Positions 1 to 8,205 of a stretch of 64,000 bases of DNA are shown piece by piece. This DNA comes from Acidobacteriota bacterium. GTDB lineage: Bacteria; Actinomycetota; Acidimicrobiia; Acidimicrobiales; Microtrichaceae. Location of the stretch: positions 964-64,963 of the forward strand of contig QEUP01000016.1 in the NCBI GenBank assembly GCA_003577145.1, given 5' to 3'. The notes beneath the pieces are model-generated. The model made no database searches. It was given only the letters and a program-made list of their open reading frames with translations, and had not been told where the DNA came from. The first letter of the stretch is position 1. Each line of letters starts with the position of its first letter. Made by a program: the position numbers and the translations under genes.

Positions 1-813
1 AGCCAGGAAGTCAGCCACTTCCTCGGCGGTTCCATAGGGCGACCACCTCTCGAATCGCTCGAACGGCAGTTGGTAGAACGCCTCCATCGTGGGCGCGAGC
101 GCGGCTCTTGCCTCGTCGCGGCCTGATCCGAACCCGCACCAGACGTTCAGTGCGTGCTGCATGGGTACCCGGTCGCGTCCCTCACCGATGGCGATGGACT
201 CGATCTCGGAGACTGCCTCGCCGAAGCGCCGCGGCGACACCCAGATGGCCCACCATCCCTCACCGAACCTCGCGGCCCGTCGGATAGCGGCGTCCGACCT
301 GCCTCCTACCAGCACCGGGATCGGCTCGGAGGGCACGGGGGCCACCAGCGCATCGTCGATGTCGAAGAACTCGCCGTGAAAGCTGACCGGCCGGCCGCTG
401 AGCAGGCCGCGGAGGACCTCGAGGCTCTCATCCATCCGGCGGCCCCTGCTCGAAGGGTCCACCCCGCAGATCTCGACCTCGTGGCGGTCCTCGCCTCCCA
501 CGCCCACCCCCAGCACCAGCCGTCCCGGTGCCAGCTCCGAGATCGTTACGAGCTGGCGGGCGACGGGCACCGGATGGCGCAGAGGGAGGAGGTAGACACC
601 GACGTGAACGGGCAGGCTCGGGTGGCTACCGAGCAGGGAGGCGGCACCCACGAGCCCGTCGAAGCCCACCCCGATGAAGAAGCTGATGTGGTCACCCACC
701 CCGATGTGGTCGATGCCGGCCGCGGCGATGCGGTCGAGCAGTTCTCGTCTGGCCACCACCGGGACCGCTATCTGCTGCTGTGACAGCAGGAGGCCCACCT
801 GGTTCTGGGGCAC
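1..813 (-). CDS. LLM-class (luciferase-like) F420/flavin-dependent oxidoreductase, C-terminus cut by window edge
   Basis: Hand translation of the minus strand from GTG at 813 (GGAGAAGG 6 nt upstream) gives VPQNQVGLLLSQQQ..GIDHIGVGDHISFF..GRLVLGVGVGGEDRHEVEICGVD..FHGEFFDIDDA..PVLVGGRSDAAIRRAARFGEGWW. The frame stays open to position 1. The listed + ORF 154..783 is its antisense shadow. Confidence 0.8.
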   Translation of the reverse strand, partial: MPQNQVGLLLSQQQIAVPVVARRELLDRIAAAGIDHIGVGDHISFFIGVGFDGLVGAASLLGSHPSLPVHVGVYLLPLRHPVPVARQLVTISELAPGRLVLGVGVGGEDRHEVEICGVDPSSRGRRMDESLEVLRGLLSGRPVSFHGEFFDIDDALVAPVPSEPIPVLVGGRSDAAIRRAARFGEGWWAIWVSPRRFGEAVSEIESIAIGEGRDRVPMQHALNVWCGFGSGRDEARAALAPTMEAFYQLPFERFERWSPYGTAEEVADFLA

Positions 814-935
814 GATCGCCTTCTCCTAACTGCGACTTGGTCACCCTTCGTAGCACGGCGGCACCACCGGAGTGACCGAAGCCTCTGGTCCCGAGGTGTT
901 GACGTGGGTGAGAAAGGGGCGTAGGGGATTCCATC

Positions 936-1760
936 ATGTGGTCACCGACAAAGCGAAGTGACGGGGTTCTCGCCGCCGGCGTCCCGCCCTATCGCCGATT
1001 CATGCCCGCTCTCATGACCAGCCGCAACAGCTCGGTCGTCTACTTCGACCAGGCCGTCAGGCTCGACCGCACTCTCGAGTACCTCGACAAGGTGGCGGCT
1101 GAGAACCCCGGGCTCGACCCCTCGTTGTTCCATGTCGTGCTGTGGGCCCTCGCCCGGACCCTCGAGGCCCGGCCCGGGCTCAACCGGTTCCTGGCGGGTG
1201 GTCGTCTGTACCAGCGCGAAGGGATCTGGATCTCGTACTCCATCAAGAAGACGCTCGCCGATCGGTCGCCCATCGAGGTGGTCAAGCGGGAGTTCGACCC
1301 GCGCCAGTCCTTCGTCGACTTGGTCCGCACGGTGGACGAGGAGGTCTCAGAGGTCCGCGAGACGCCAACAACTCTCGCCGACCGCGAGGTCGAGTGGCTC
1401 CTGAAGCTCCCGGGGGCGGCGCGCCGGATGCTCGTCCGGGTGGTCAACGGTCTCGATGACATGAATCTGCTGCCTTCGTCCTACACGAAGAGCGACGCCT
1501 TCTTCGCCAGCGTCTTCGTGGCGAACCTCGGCAGCCTTCACCTCGACGCCGCGTTCCATCATCTCTACGAGTACGGCAACGTTCCCATCTTCTGCACCAT
1601 CGGACAGGTCCGGGACACGCCCGTCGTCGAGGACGGAGAGGTCCTCTCCCGGCCGGTCGCATCGCTCAAGTTCAGCTTCGACGAACGCATCGAGGACGGC
1701 CTCTACGCTCAGCGGTCGTTGCAGCTCCTCGAGGAGCTGGTCGAGGACCCCGACGGGTAG
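936..1760 (+). CDS. stand-alone 2-oxoacid dehydrogenase acyltransferase (E2) catalytic-domain-like protein, active-site His position occupied by Glu
   Basis: The 274-aa ORF has no lipoyl or E3-binding part. The C-terminal SLKFSFDERIEDGLYAQRSLQLLEELVEDP aligns to the E2 motif sfDHRxxDG..F...l..lle.P. Confidence 0.7.
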   Translation: MWSPTKRSDGVLAAGVPPYRRFMPALMTSRNSSVVYFDQAVRLDRTLEYLDKVAAENPGLDPSLFHVVLWALARTLEARPGLNRFLAGGRLYQREGIWISYSIKKTLADRSPIEVVKREFDPRQSFVDLVRTVDEEVSEVRETPTTLADREVEWLLKLPGAARRMLVRVVNGLDDMNLLPSSYTKSDAFFASVFVANLGSLHLDAAFHHLYEYGNVPIFCTIGQVRDTPVVEDGEVLSRPVASLKFSFDERIEDGLYAQRSLQLLEELVEDPDG

Positions 1761-1848
1761 GGCCTTACCACAAGACCTTCGCTGGGTTCGGTGCGTACGG
1801 CGCACCAGATCTTCTGCCGCACAAGATCGGTGGTGCGGTGCAACCCTG

Positions 1849-3099
1849 CTACAGGGCTTGGTAGTCCTGGAGGAGTCCGGGGAAGGTCTCGTCGAGGTAG
1901 TCGGCTTGCAGCGAGGCGGCGGCGACCGCCTTGTCGATGCCGAACACCCAGCGCAGCTGGGCGACCGTGAGGTGATCGATCAGCTCCCAGCCGTCCTCGG
2001 CGGGACCGTTTTCTTCGAGGCAGCCGTCCTCACCCAGTTCGAGGAGCTCATCGAAGCCCAGCCCCTCCAGGCCCAATTGCTCCATGGCCTGCGTGAGGCC
2101 ACCCTCCTCCTGGATCTTCTGGCAGATGTCGGTGAAGGCGTTGTGGCCGGCGTTCTCCATGACCGCGAGGCGCTTCGGGCTCGGTAGCCAGTCGTAGACC
2201 ATCTCGACCTCTTCGAGCGGGATGGCGATGTCACCGTCCGCTGCGATGATCATCGATGGTTTGTCGGGGGGCTCGGCCTCGGCGATGTAGGACTCCAGGT
2301 CGAACTCCTCGAATCCGCCCGCCTCCTGGTAGGCCGCCGAGTCAACCGGTGGACCCGGCGCTTGGCCGATCCAGGTGTCGACCCGTGGGTCGTAGGCGGC
2401 GACGCTCACCGCCCGTCCACCGGCGGAATGTCCCTCGGCTGCTATCTGCTCGGTGTCCACCGCGCCTTCGAGAAGCGAGTCAGGTTCGGTGTTCACCGCG
2501 TCGAGCAGGTCGATGGTGGCCAGGAGGTCCTCGATATCGGACTGGCCGTCGTACTCGCCCGCTCCGGTGAAGAGGCCTTCGATGCTCCTGGTGGGGTGGT
2601 CGACCGAGGCGACCACGAATCCCCAGGACGCCAAGTGGGCATTGTGGAGGCTGGTGAACTTGTAATAGCTGCCGAAGCCATGGCTGAACAGCACCACTGG
2701 GAACGGCCCGTCCGAGCTGGCCGGAACATCGACGAAGGCGTTGTCGACCTCGACGGGCTCGGAGAACGCGCCGGGCAGTAGCGCCGCGATCTCCTCACCG
2801 AAGATCTCGGCGCCGGAGTACTGGTAGCGGGCAGCGTCGGCCGTGCCCGAAGGGTCCGCCGGGTAGAAGACGACCACGGGTGTGCCCGCGAGTTCGAGGT
2901 CGGTGACGCCCACCGTGAACGGGCCGTCCGTCGCGAAGTTCTGGGGCTCGACGTCCTCGCTGGTGGTGCCGGCATCGGCTGCCTCACTGTCGCTGGGCTC
3001 TCTCTCAGCGGTGCCACCGGTCGAGTCGGAGGAGGAGCACGCTGCCAGGACGAGCAACGTGGCCAGCAGAGCGATGAGGGATCTCGGCAGCCGTGGCAT
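1849..3099 (-). CDS. lipoprotein alpha/beta hydrolase (PAF-acetylhydrolase / dienelactone-hydrolase-like)
   Basis: Signal peptide with lipobox LVLAAC, then an acidic linker. VVLFSHGFGSYYKF is an oxyanion-type motif and AAEGHSAGG is the GxSxG nucleophile elbow. Confidence 0.75.
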   Translation of the reverse strand: MPRLPRSLIALLATLLVLAACSSSDSTGGTAEREPSDSEAADAGTTSEDVEPQNFATDGPFTVGVTDLELAGTPVVVFYPADPSGTADAARYQYSGAEIFGEEIAALLPGAFSEPVEVDNAFVDVPASSDGPFPVVLFSHGFGSYYKFTSLHNAHLASWGFVVASVDHPTRSIEGLFTGAGEYDGQSDIEDLLATIDLLDAVNTEPDSLLEGAVDTEQIAAEGHSAGGRAVSVAAYDPRVDTWIGQAPGPPVDSAAYQEAGGFEEFDLESYIAEAEPPDKPSMIIAADGDIAIPLEEVEMVYDWLPSPKRLAVMENAGHNAFTDICQKIQEEGGLTQAMEQLGLEGLGFDELLELGEDGCLEENGPAEDGWELIDHLTVAQLRWVFGIDKAVAAASLQADYLDETFPGLLQDYQAL

Positions 3100-3123
3100 G
3101 CACGGCGACGTTAGCCCGCAGAG

Positions 3124-3543
3124 TCAGCGCAGCTCGTACCACTCGTAGCTCAAGCGGTTGCCGTCGAGCGTCCCCTTACCCACGGCCTGGATGGCGTTGA
3201 GCCACGAGTAACGTTCGTCGCCGGTCTCGAAGCGGGGGGTGACGTAGATGGGGGCGCCTCCCGGTCCGGCGCTGGTGTCGGTGCGGCCGTTGTACTGCGC
3301 GAACACCAGCGCGCCGTCGTGGGTTTCGAAGGTCGCCCGCACGTCGAGGGTGCCGACCGTGCCGTGGACCAGGAGCCAGTCGGCGGTGGCATGGCCCTTC
3401 ATCTTCCCCTTGATCCGTTCGCCTTCGACCGTGGCCTCCTCGACCTCGAAGATCACCCGGAGACCGGCAGGCCCGTCGCCCACGATCATCGGATCCGCCA
3501 GGGTGACCTCGAGGGTGCACAGCGGTATGAGCTCGACTGGCAT
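3124..3543 (-). CDS. DUF3237 family protein
   Basis: 139 aa. The pattern PLCTLEVTL..GDGPAG.R.I..V..G...G..I.G.....G.DW......G...LDVR.T..T.DGA.I...Y.G is typical of the DUF3237 beta-barrel family. Confidence 0.7.
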   Translation of the reverse strand: MPVELIPLCTLEVTLADPMIVGDGPAGLRVIFEVEEATVEGERIKGKMKGHATADWLLVHGTVGTLDVRATFETHDGALVFAQYNGRTDTSAGPGGAPIYVTPRFETGDERYSWLNAIQAVGKGTLDGNRLSYEWYELR

Positions 3544-3756
3544 GCGCCGGAGTCTAAGCGGGGCGTGCCGATAGGCGAGGACCCCTGTGTGCGAGTGCTC
3601 TGTCGAGCCAAGCGGCGCTTGGCGAGACGACAGGTCCGAACCGAGCGTCCCGCACTCATCAGCGCAGGTCCCAAGCGAGGTGCCTGGCCACCTTTCATCG
3701 TGCCTCGTAGTGTCTGGGTCGGACCTGTGACCGCTCTCACCCCGGGGGGTGCCCGG

Positions 3757-4578
3757 ATGGACGAAGTCGGCGACGCAGCACCATCGACTCCGGTCGAGGG
3801 CAACCCGGGTGGATCCGGCAGCGGTTCGCGCCGTCGCAAGTGGCTCATCGCCGGGATCGTGGTGGCGGTGGTGCTCGTTGGCGCCGTTGCAGGCGCGGTG
3901 TACTGGTATGTCGATCGCGACAACCCCGAGGCGGTCTCACTTGACGAGGCGGTCGAATCTCTCGATGACTCCGACGAGCCTGCCGACACGACCCAGGGCA
4001 GCGCTGCACCCGCCGAGTCCGAGCTCGACGGTACATGGGTCGTCGATACCTCGGTCGGCGAGTTCAGCTTCGGCGAGAGCACGGCCTCGTTCCTCGGCTT
4101 CAGGGTCGGCGAGGAGCTCACCATCATCGGCGCGAACGAGGCAGTCGGTCGCACGCCGGTGGTGAGTGGTTCGATGGAGCTCAGCGGGACCGAGGTGACC
4201 AGCGCCACCATCGAAGGTGACCTCACGGCGATTGTCAGCGACGAGAGCCGGCGGGAGCAAAGGATCCAGGACTCCCTGGAGACCGGGACCTATCCGACGG
4301 CGACTTTCGTGCTGACCCAGCCGATCGAGCTCGGTTCGATCCCGTCGGAGGGCGAAGCCGTCGATGTCACCGCCGTGGGTGACCTGACGATCCACGGCGT
4401 CACCCAGTCGGTCGAGGTGCCGCTGGAGGGCCAGCGCACCGGCAATCTCTTGGTGGTGGTCGGGTCCCTCGAGATCACCTTCGCCGACTACGGGGTCGAG
4501 ACGCCCACCGCGCCGGTCGTGCTCTCGGTGGACGACCACGGCACCGTGGAGTTGCAGCTCTTCTTCGCGCGGGCCTGA
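3757..4578 (+). CDS. YceI family protein with N-terminal membrane anchor
   Basis: The ORF 3319..4578 was trimmed to the ATG at 3757, because the upstream part overlaps the DUF3237 gene. TM segment WLIAGIVVAVVLVGAVAGAVYWY, then LDGTWVVDTSVGEFS..FLGFRV..G.T..V.G...L....TFVLTQPIEL..TIHGVTQSVEVPLE, which is YceI-like. Confidence 0.75.
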   Translation: MDEVGDAAPSTPVEGNPGGSGSGSRRRKWLIAGIVVAVVLVGAVAGAVYWYVDRDNPEAVSLDEAVESLDDSDEPADTTQGSAAPAESELDGTWVVDTSVGEFSFGESTASFLGFRVGEELTIIGANEAVGRTPVVSGSMELSGTEVTSATIEGDLTAIVSDESRREQRIQDSLETGTYPTATFVLTQPIELGSIPSEGEAVDVTAVGDLTIHGVTQSVEVPLEGQRTGNLLVVVGSLEITFADYGVETPTAPVVLSVDDHGTVELQLFFARA

Positions 4579-4638
4579 GCCGGCGCAGTACACCTCGGGT
4601 GCGGTTGCCCCGTTGGCAGGCGTGGGCGGGGGACCCGC

Positions 4639-5439
4639 TCAGCGGTCCTGGTCGGTGTCGAGCCGCTGGCGGGCGGGGGCAGACCGCTCGATGCCGGCCG
4701 CTGTCTCTTCGAGCTCGACCGTGTCGGGTCGAGCCTGGCACTCCTCGAAGAGCTCACCTTCGAGGGCGAGACCCTGGTCGAGCGGGAGCCGCAATCCTTC
4801 GACCATCGCCCGTTTGGCGGCCACAACCGCGTGCCGGGGCCGATCTGCTATGACCCCGGCGTCTTCGAGCACGGCCTCGAGGAAGCCCTCGTCGGGGTGC
4901 ACCGCGTTGACGAGGCCGATTCGCTCGGCTTCGTCGGCGTCTATGACCCGACCGGTGAGAATCAGGTCTGCGGCACGCCCGGCCCCGATGAGCCGGGGGA
5001 GCCGCTGCGTGCCTCCGGCTCCGGGGATGATGCCGACGACCACCTCGGGCTGGCCGATGTGAGCCGACCGGGCGGCCACGCGGATCGTACAGGCGAGGGA
5101 GATCTCGCAGCCACCCCCCCAGGCCTGGCCGTTGATGGCGGCGACGACGGGCTGGGGCATCGACTCCAGCAGACCCAACGCGCGACCCCAGCTGGCGGGG
5201 TCGCCGTCCACCTGCTCACCTCGGGCCAGAGTGGTGAGGTCATCGAGGTCGGCGTGGGCGATGAAGTAGCCGGGTATTCCGCCGGTCAGCACCAACACGT
5301 TGACGGTCTCGTCGGTGGCCACCTCGGCGAGGAGCGGCTCCAGCTCGGACATGGCGGCCATGCTCATGAGGTTGCGGGGCGGTCGGGTGAACGTCGCCAC
5401 TGCGATGGCGTCGCGCCGCTCCAGGCCCCAGAAGCCCAC
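4639..5439 (-). CDS. enoyl-CoA hydratase/isomerase family protein
   Basis: The ORF 4639..6075 was trimmed to the GTG at 5439 (VGFWGLERRDAIAVATFTRPPRNLMS). Crotonase signature AAINGQAWGGGCEISLACTIRVAA. The start is uncertain by a few codons. Confidence 0.8.
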   Translation of the reverse strand: MGFWGLERRDAIAVATFTRPPRNLMSMAAMSELEPLLAEVATDETVNVLVLTGGIPGYFIAHADLDDLTTLARGEQVDGDPASWGRALGLLESMPQPVVAAINGQAWGGGCEISLACTIRVAARSAHIGQPEVVVGIIPGAGGTQRLPRLIGAGRAADLILTGRVIDADEAERIGLVNAVHPDEGFLEAVLEDAGVIADRPRHAVVAAKRAMVEGLRLPLDQGLALEGELFEECQARPDTVELEETAAGIERSAPARQRLDTDQDR

Positions 5440-5465
5440 GGGCCGAACCCTAGCCCCCCTCACAC

Positions 5466-5516
5466 CCTTCTTGGCAGCGATTCCCGCGTATGGAGGGGGT
5501 AATGCTGCCAAGAAGG
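5466..5516 (+). repeat. family-A intergenic hairpin element, copy 1 (CTTCTTGGCAGC - 25 nt conserved loop - GCTGCCAAGAAG)
   Basis: Perfect 12-13 bp inverted repeat around the loop GATTCCCGCGTATGGAGGGGGTAAT. It lies 5 nt past the stop of the minus-strand gene 5522..6499. Near-identical copies are at 13406..13454 (inverted) and 59499..59549. Confidence 0.85.
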
Positions 5517-5521
5517 CGTAG

Positions 5522-6499
5522 TCATCCGGTGAGAGCCGGCAGGACCTCGGTGGCGAGGAGCTCGAGTGATTCCCAGGCGATGTCGGGTGCGATGCCGCCG
5601 CACAGCGGCTGCATCGACAGGTACCCGAACGACTTGATCGTCTCCACCGCCTGAGCCGGCGTGAGGATGCGGTAGTTGCCGTTCTCGGCTCGCAGCTCCT
5701 CGACGGAGCCGGCCGTGGAGCTGCTGGCCGTCCCGCGGGTCCCGAGCCAAGCGGCGTATGAGCGGGCGTCCAGGAGAAGGTGCTCGCCCAGCCGGGCCCA
5801 GGCTGCGTCGGGGTCAGTGGCGACGAACACCGCGTTGGGCGACCCGCGGGGCGGGATGATGCACCTTCCGGGCTGTCTGCCCAGACGCTCGGACTCCTGA
5901 CGGAAGGCGACCTCGATGCCGGGGTCGTTGACCTCGGCGAACAGGTCGAGCCCGAAACGGGCAGCCCTCCTGGCAGCGGCGGGTGTACCGCCGCCGTAGA
6001 ACAGCTTGGGTCCAGCTGGTGTCTGAGGGCTCGGCGTGACGCGTACCGTGCGGCCGTCGACCTGGAACGGCTCACCGGTCCACGCCTGCTGCAGGAGGGA
6101 GAGGCAGTGATCCATTCGCTTGCCGCGCCGGTGGAAGTCCTGCCCGAACATCTCGTATTCGCTCGGGCGGTAGCCGAGGCCGGCGATGTAGGACACCCGG
6201 CCGTCGCTGATGATGTCGAGGACGGCCATGTCCTCGGCCAACTTCACCGGGTCGTAGAGCGGGATCAGGAGGGCTCCGACCATCACGGGGATCGAGGCGG
6301 TGCGGGCAGCCATCGCCGAGGCCAGGACGAGTGGTGAGGGCAGGAATCCGTCGTCGGCCGCGTGGTGCTCGGAGACGACCACCGACAGGCCGTTGTGGTT
6401 CTCGGCCCACTCGGCCATGTCCAGCGCGGTCGCGTAGAGCTCGCGGCGCCGAGCGGGACCGGCCCCGGGCGCTCTCATGTCGAATCTGAGAATGAACAC
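5522..6499 (-). CDS. LLM-class flavin-dependent oxidoreductase (luciferase-like)
   Basis: The ORF 5522..6871 was trimmed to the GTG at 6499 (VFILRFDMRAPG); the ATG at 6478 is an alternative. Sequence reads LSVVVSEHHAADDGFLPSPLVLASAMAARTASIPVMVGALLIPLYDPVKLAEDMAVLD..SDGRVSYIAGLGYR. Confidence 0.75.
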   Translation of the reverse strand: MFILRFDMRAPGAGPARRRELYATALDMAEWAENHNGLSVVVSEHHAADDGFLPSPLVLASAMAARTASIPVMVGALLIPLYDPVKLAEDMAVLDIISDGRVSYIAGLGYRPSEYEMFGQDFHRRGKRMDHCLSLLQQAWTGEPFQVDGRTVRVTPSPQTPAGPKLFYGGGTPAAARRAARFGLDLFAEVNDPGIEVAFRQESERLGRQPGRCIIPPRGSPNAVFVATDPDAAWARLGEHLLLDARSYAAWLGTRGTASSSTAGSVEELRAENGNYRILTPAQAVETIKSFGYLSMQPLCGGIAPDIAWESLELLATEVLPALTG

Positions 6500-6548
6500 C
6501 CCCCGATCTTTGCGCGCCCCGGCCCCACACACCGCCCCACATTCAAGA

Positions 6549-6596
6549 TTTGTGAACGCGGATGGCCCCCATAGGGGCCACGCGCGTTCACAAAAC
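6549..6596. repeat. family-B palindromic element, copy 1 (TTTGTGAACGCG..GGCCCC-CATA-GGGGCC..GTTCACAAAAC)
   Basis: Near-perfect hairpin with a stem of about 22 bp, lying between the stop of 6615..7487 and the start of 5522..6499. The second copy is at 41469..41517. Confidence 0.85.
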
Positions 6597-6614
6597 GCGT
6601 TTCTGAGGTGAGGG

Positions 6615-7487
6615 TCAGCGGGTGAGCACCGGTTGGGCCTCTGTGACGGTGACGGGGAGGGTGCCCACGGTGGTTTCGTCGGGTTCTGTGCCCGAGTCGG
6701 GCGGACCGAGGTTGGTGGTCCACGACACGGCCCACACGACGGTTGCGCTGATGGTGTAGCTGCCGGTGTCGGTGTACTCGTGGGTACAACCACTGCGCTG
6801 GGAAGCCGCCGGGCGGGAGAAGTCGTAGGGCGTCCCACCCCCGGGGCAGCTGATCGCGGCGCTGCCGTCACCGGGGTCGAAGGTGACGCTCACCGGTGTC
6901 GCGGTGGTGGTGGCGTACCAGCCGTCGACCTCGGCGGTGACGCTGATGGGGTCGGTCCCGCCGGCGATCCACATCCACGTGTCGAGGTTCACGAGCTGCT
7001 CGGTCGTCTCGATCGGCGACAGGTCGATGTCGGGAAGCGTCAGCCGGGCACGGGCCTCGTCGAGCGCGGCCCGCACCAGCGCCGGGCGCGTCAGGCCGAC
7101 ACCGCCGGTGGGATCCGCAGCCGAGTAGACGACGCTATCGGTGAAGCGCCACTGACCGTTGACGTAGCACGTCAGGTGGTAGGTGTGACCCTCGATCGGC
7201 TTGGTGATGACCTGCAGGTGGTCGACCCCTGACACCAAGGTGAAGTAGTAGCAGTCCCACACCTCGCCCGAGCCGCTGCCACCACCACCCGAGGGACCAC
7301 CGGAGTGGACGGTGATGGGGCCCGAGGCGTTCACGACACGCACGCTGGCCGATATCTCCGGCGGACCCGACCCCGGCTGGTCACCGTCCATATCGCTATC
7401 AGCGGCAGCACCTGTGCCTGCCGCAAGAAAGACGAAAGCTGCGAGGAAGGAAGCTGTTACTTCGCGCACCCGTCTACTCCCAACCAC
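6615..7487 (-). CDS. secreted hypothetical protein with PKD-like C-terminal motif
   Basis: Signal peptide FLAAFVFLAAGTGAAA and a Gly-rich stretch. The C-terminal VSVTFDPGDGSAAISC..GCTHEYTDTGSYTISATVVW resembles the PKD pattern FD.GDG...H.Y...G.Y.v. An alternative GTG start lies at 7469. Confidence 0.6.
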   Translation of the reverse strand: MVGSRRVREVTASFLAAFVFLAAGTGAAADSDMDGDQPGSGPPEISASVRVVNASGPITVHSGGPSGGGGSGSGEVWDCYYFTLVSGVDHLQVITKPIEGHTYHLTCYVNGQWRFTDSVVYSAADPTGGVGLTRPALVRAALDEARARLTLPDIDLSPIETTEQLVNLDTWMWIAGGTDPISVTAEVDGWYATTTATPVSVTFDPGDGSAAISCPGGGTPYDFSRPAASQRSGCTHEYTDTGSYTISATVVWAVSWTTNLGPPDSGTEPDETTVGTLPVTVTEAQPVLTR

Positions 7488-8080
7488 TCAGCCTGGGTCA
7501 CCAGTTGGTCAACTACCCATTGCTCGCCTTGCTTGATCATGAGCCCATCTCTCAGCCTCGTTACGACGGAGTCGTCCACTGTTTCGCCAGACTGGATGTC
7601 ATAGACGACGCCGTCATTCACCATGCACGACCGGACTGCCGCGCGGGTGCCGCCGTCGATCAGGTTGACCTCGAGGACCCAGCTCTCGTAGATCGAGCCC
7701 TCGGGGAAGCGTGCCGCCTCTCCGGCAACCTCGCTCGCCTCGAGGTTGGCGCTGATGTCGGCGAAGAAGCTCTCGCTCGTGGTTGCAACCAGGGCGGCGT
7801 TGTCAGGGTCGACAGGCTCGGTGAACGCGTCGAAATACGCGTCCCAGTAGGCGTGGTAGGCATCGACGACGGGTTGCTGCTCGGCGGTCCAGTCGGGCTC
7901 GCGGTCCGAGCGCGCCGGGGCCGTGGTGGTGGAGGGGGTAGTTGGCGGTGCCGTCGTGCTCGGTGCCGCCGTGGTCGTGGTCGTCTCCGGGGGCGCGTCG
8001 CTGGCGGGTTCGCTGCTACACCCTACGAGCAGTACGAGGAGTGCCACCACGGCACCAACCGGTCTTGTCATCCGCGTCAT
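7457..8080 (-). CDS. lipoprotein of unknown function (Thr/Pro-rich linker, possibly NTF2-like C-terminal domain)
   Basis: Lipobox LLVGC, linker PPETTTTTAAPSTTAPPTTPSTTTAP, then a globular domain of about 140 aa. The 3' end overlaps the next gene by 13-31 nt. Confidence 0.65.
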   Translation of the reverse strand: MTRMTRPVGAVVALLVLLVGCSSEPASDAPPETTTTTAAPSTTAPPTTPSTTTAPARSDREPDWTAEQQPVVDAYHAYWDAYFDAFTEPVDPDNAALVATTSESFFADISANLEASEVAGEAARFPEGSIYESWVLEVNLIDGGTRAAVRSCMVNDGVVYDIQSGETVDDSVVTRLRDGLMIKQGEQWVVDQLVTQAEWLGVDGCAK

Positions 8081-8160
8081 CCGCCTCGGGTTTCGGTCCC
8101 GGGTGCTCCCTCACCGGGACGGGCCGTTCCCGCTGGGGCGTCACCCTAGCCCACGTCGGG

Positions 8161-8180
8161 GCCGGCCCCAAATGGCCGGC
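8161..8180 (-). terminator. candidate stem-loop terminator after 8206..9333
   Basis: GCCGGCC-ccaaat-GGCCGGC hairpin about 25 nt downstream of the stop. There is no U-tract, which is common in high-GC actinobacteria. Confidence 0.35.
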
Positions 8181-8205
8181 GGCTTGCCGGGTGAGGTGTG
8201 GAACC

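Noticed and set aside
4639-6871. N-terminal extensions of ORFs 4639..6075 and 5522..6871. The same issue affects 3319..4578, 13474..14751, 24622..26169, 55029..57155, 27290..28216 and 18937..20586.
   Set aside because: The extensions cross intergenic repeats or neighbouring genes and translate to Pro/Arg/Ser-rich low complexity. Family-typical N-termini and RBS-like sequences sit at internal GTG/ATG codons, which I used instead.
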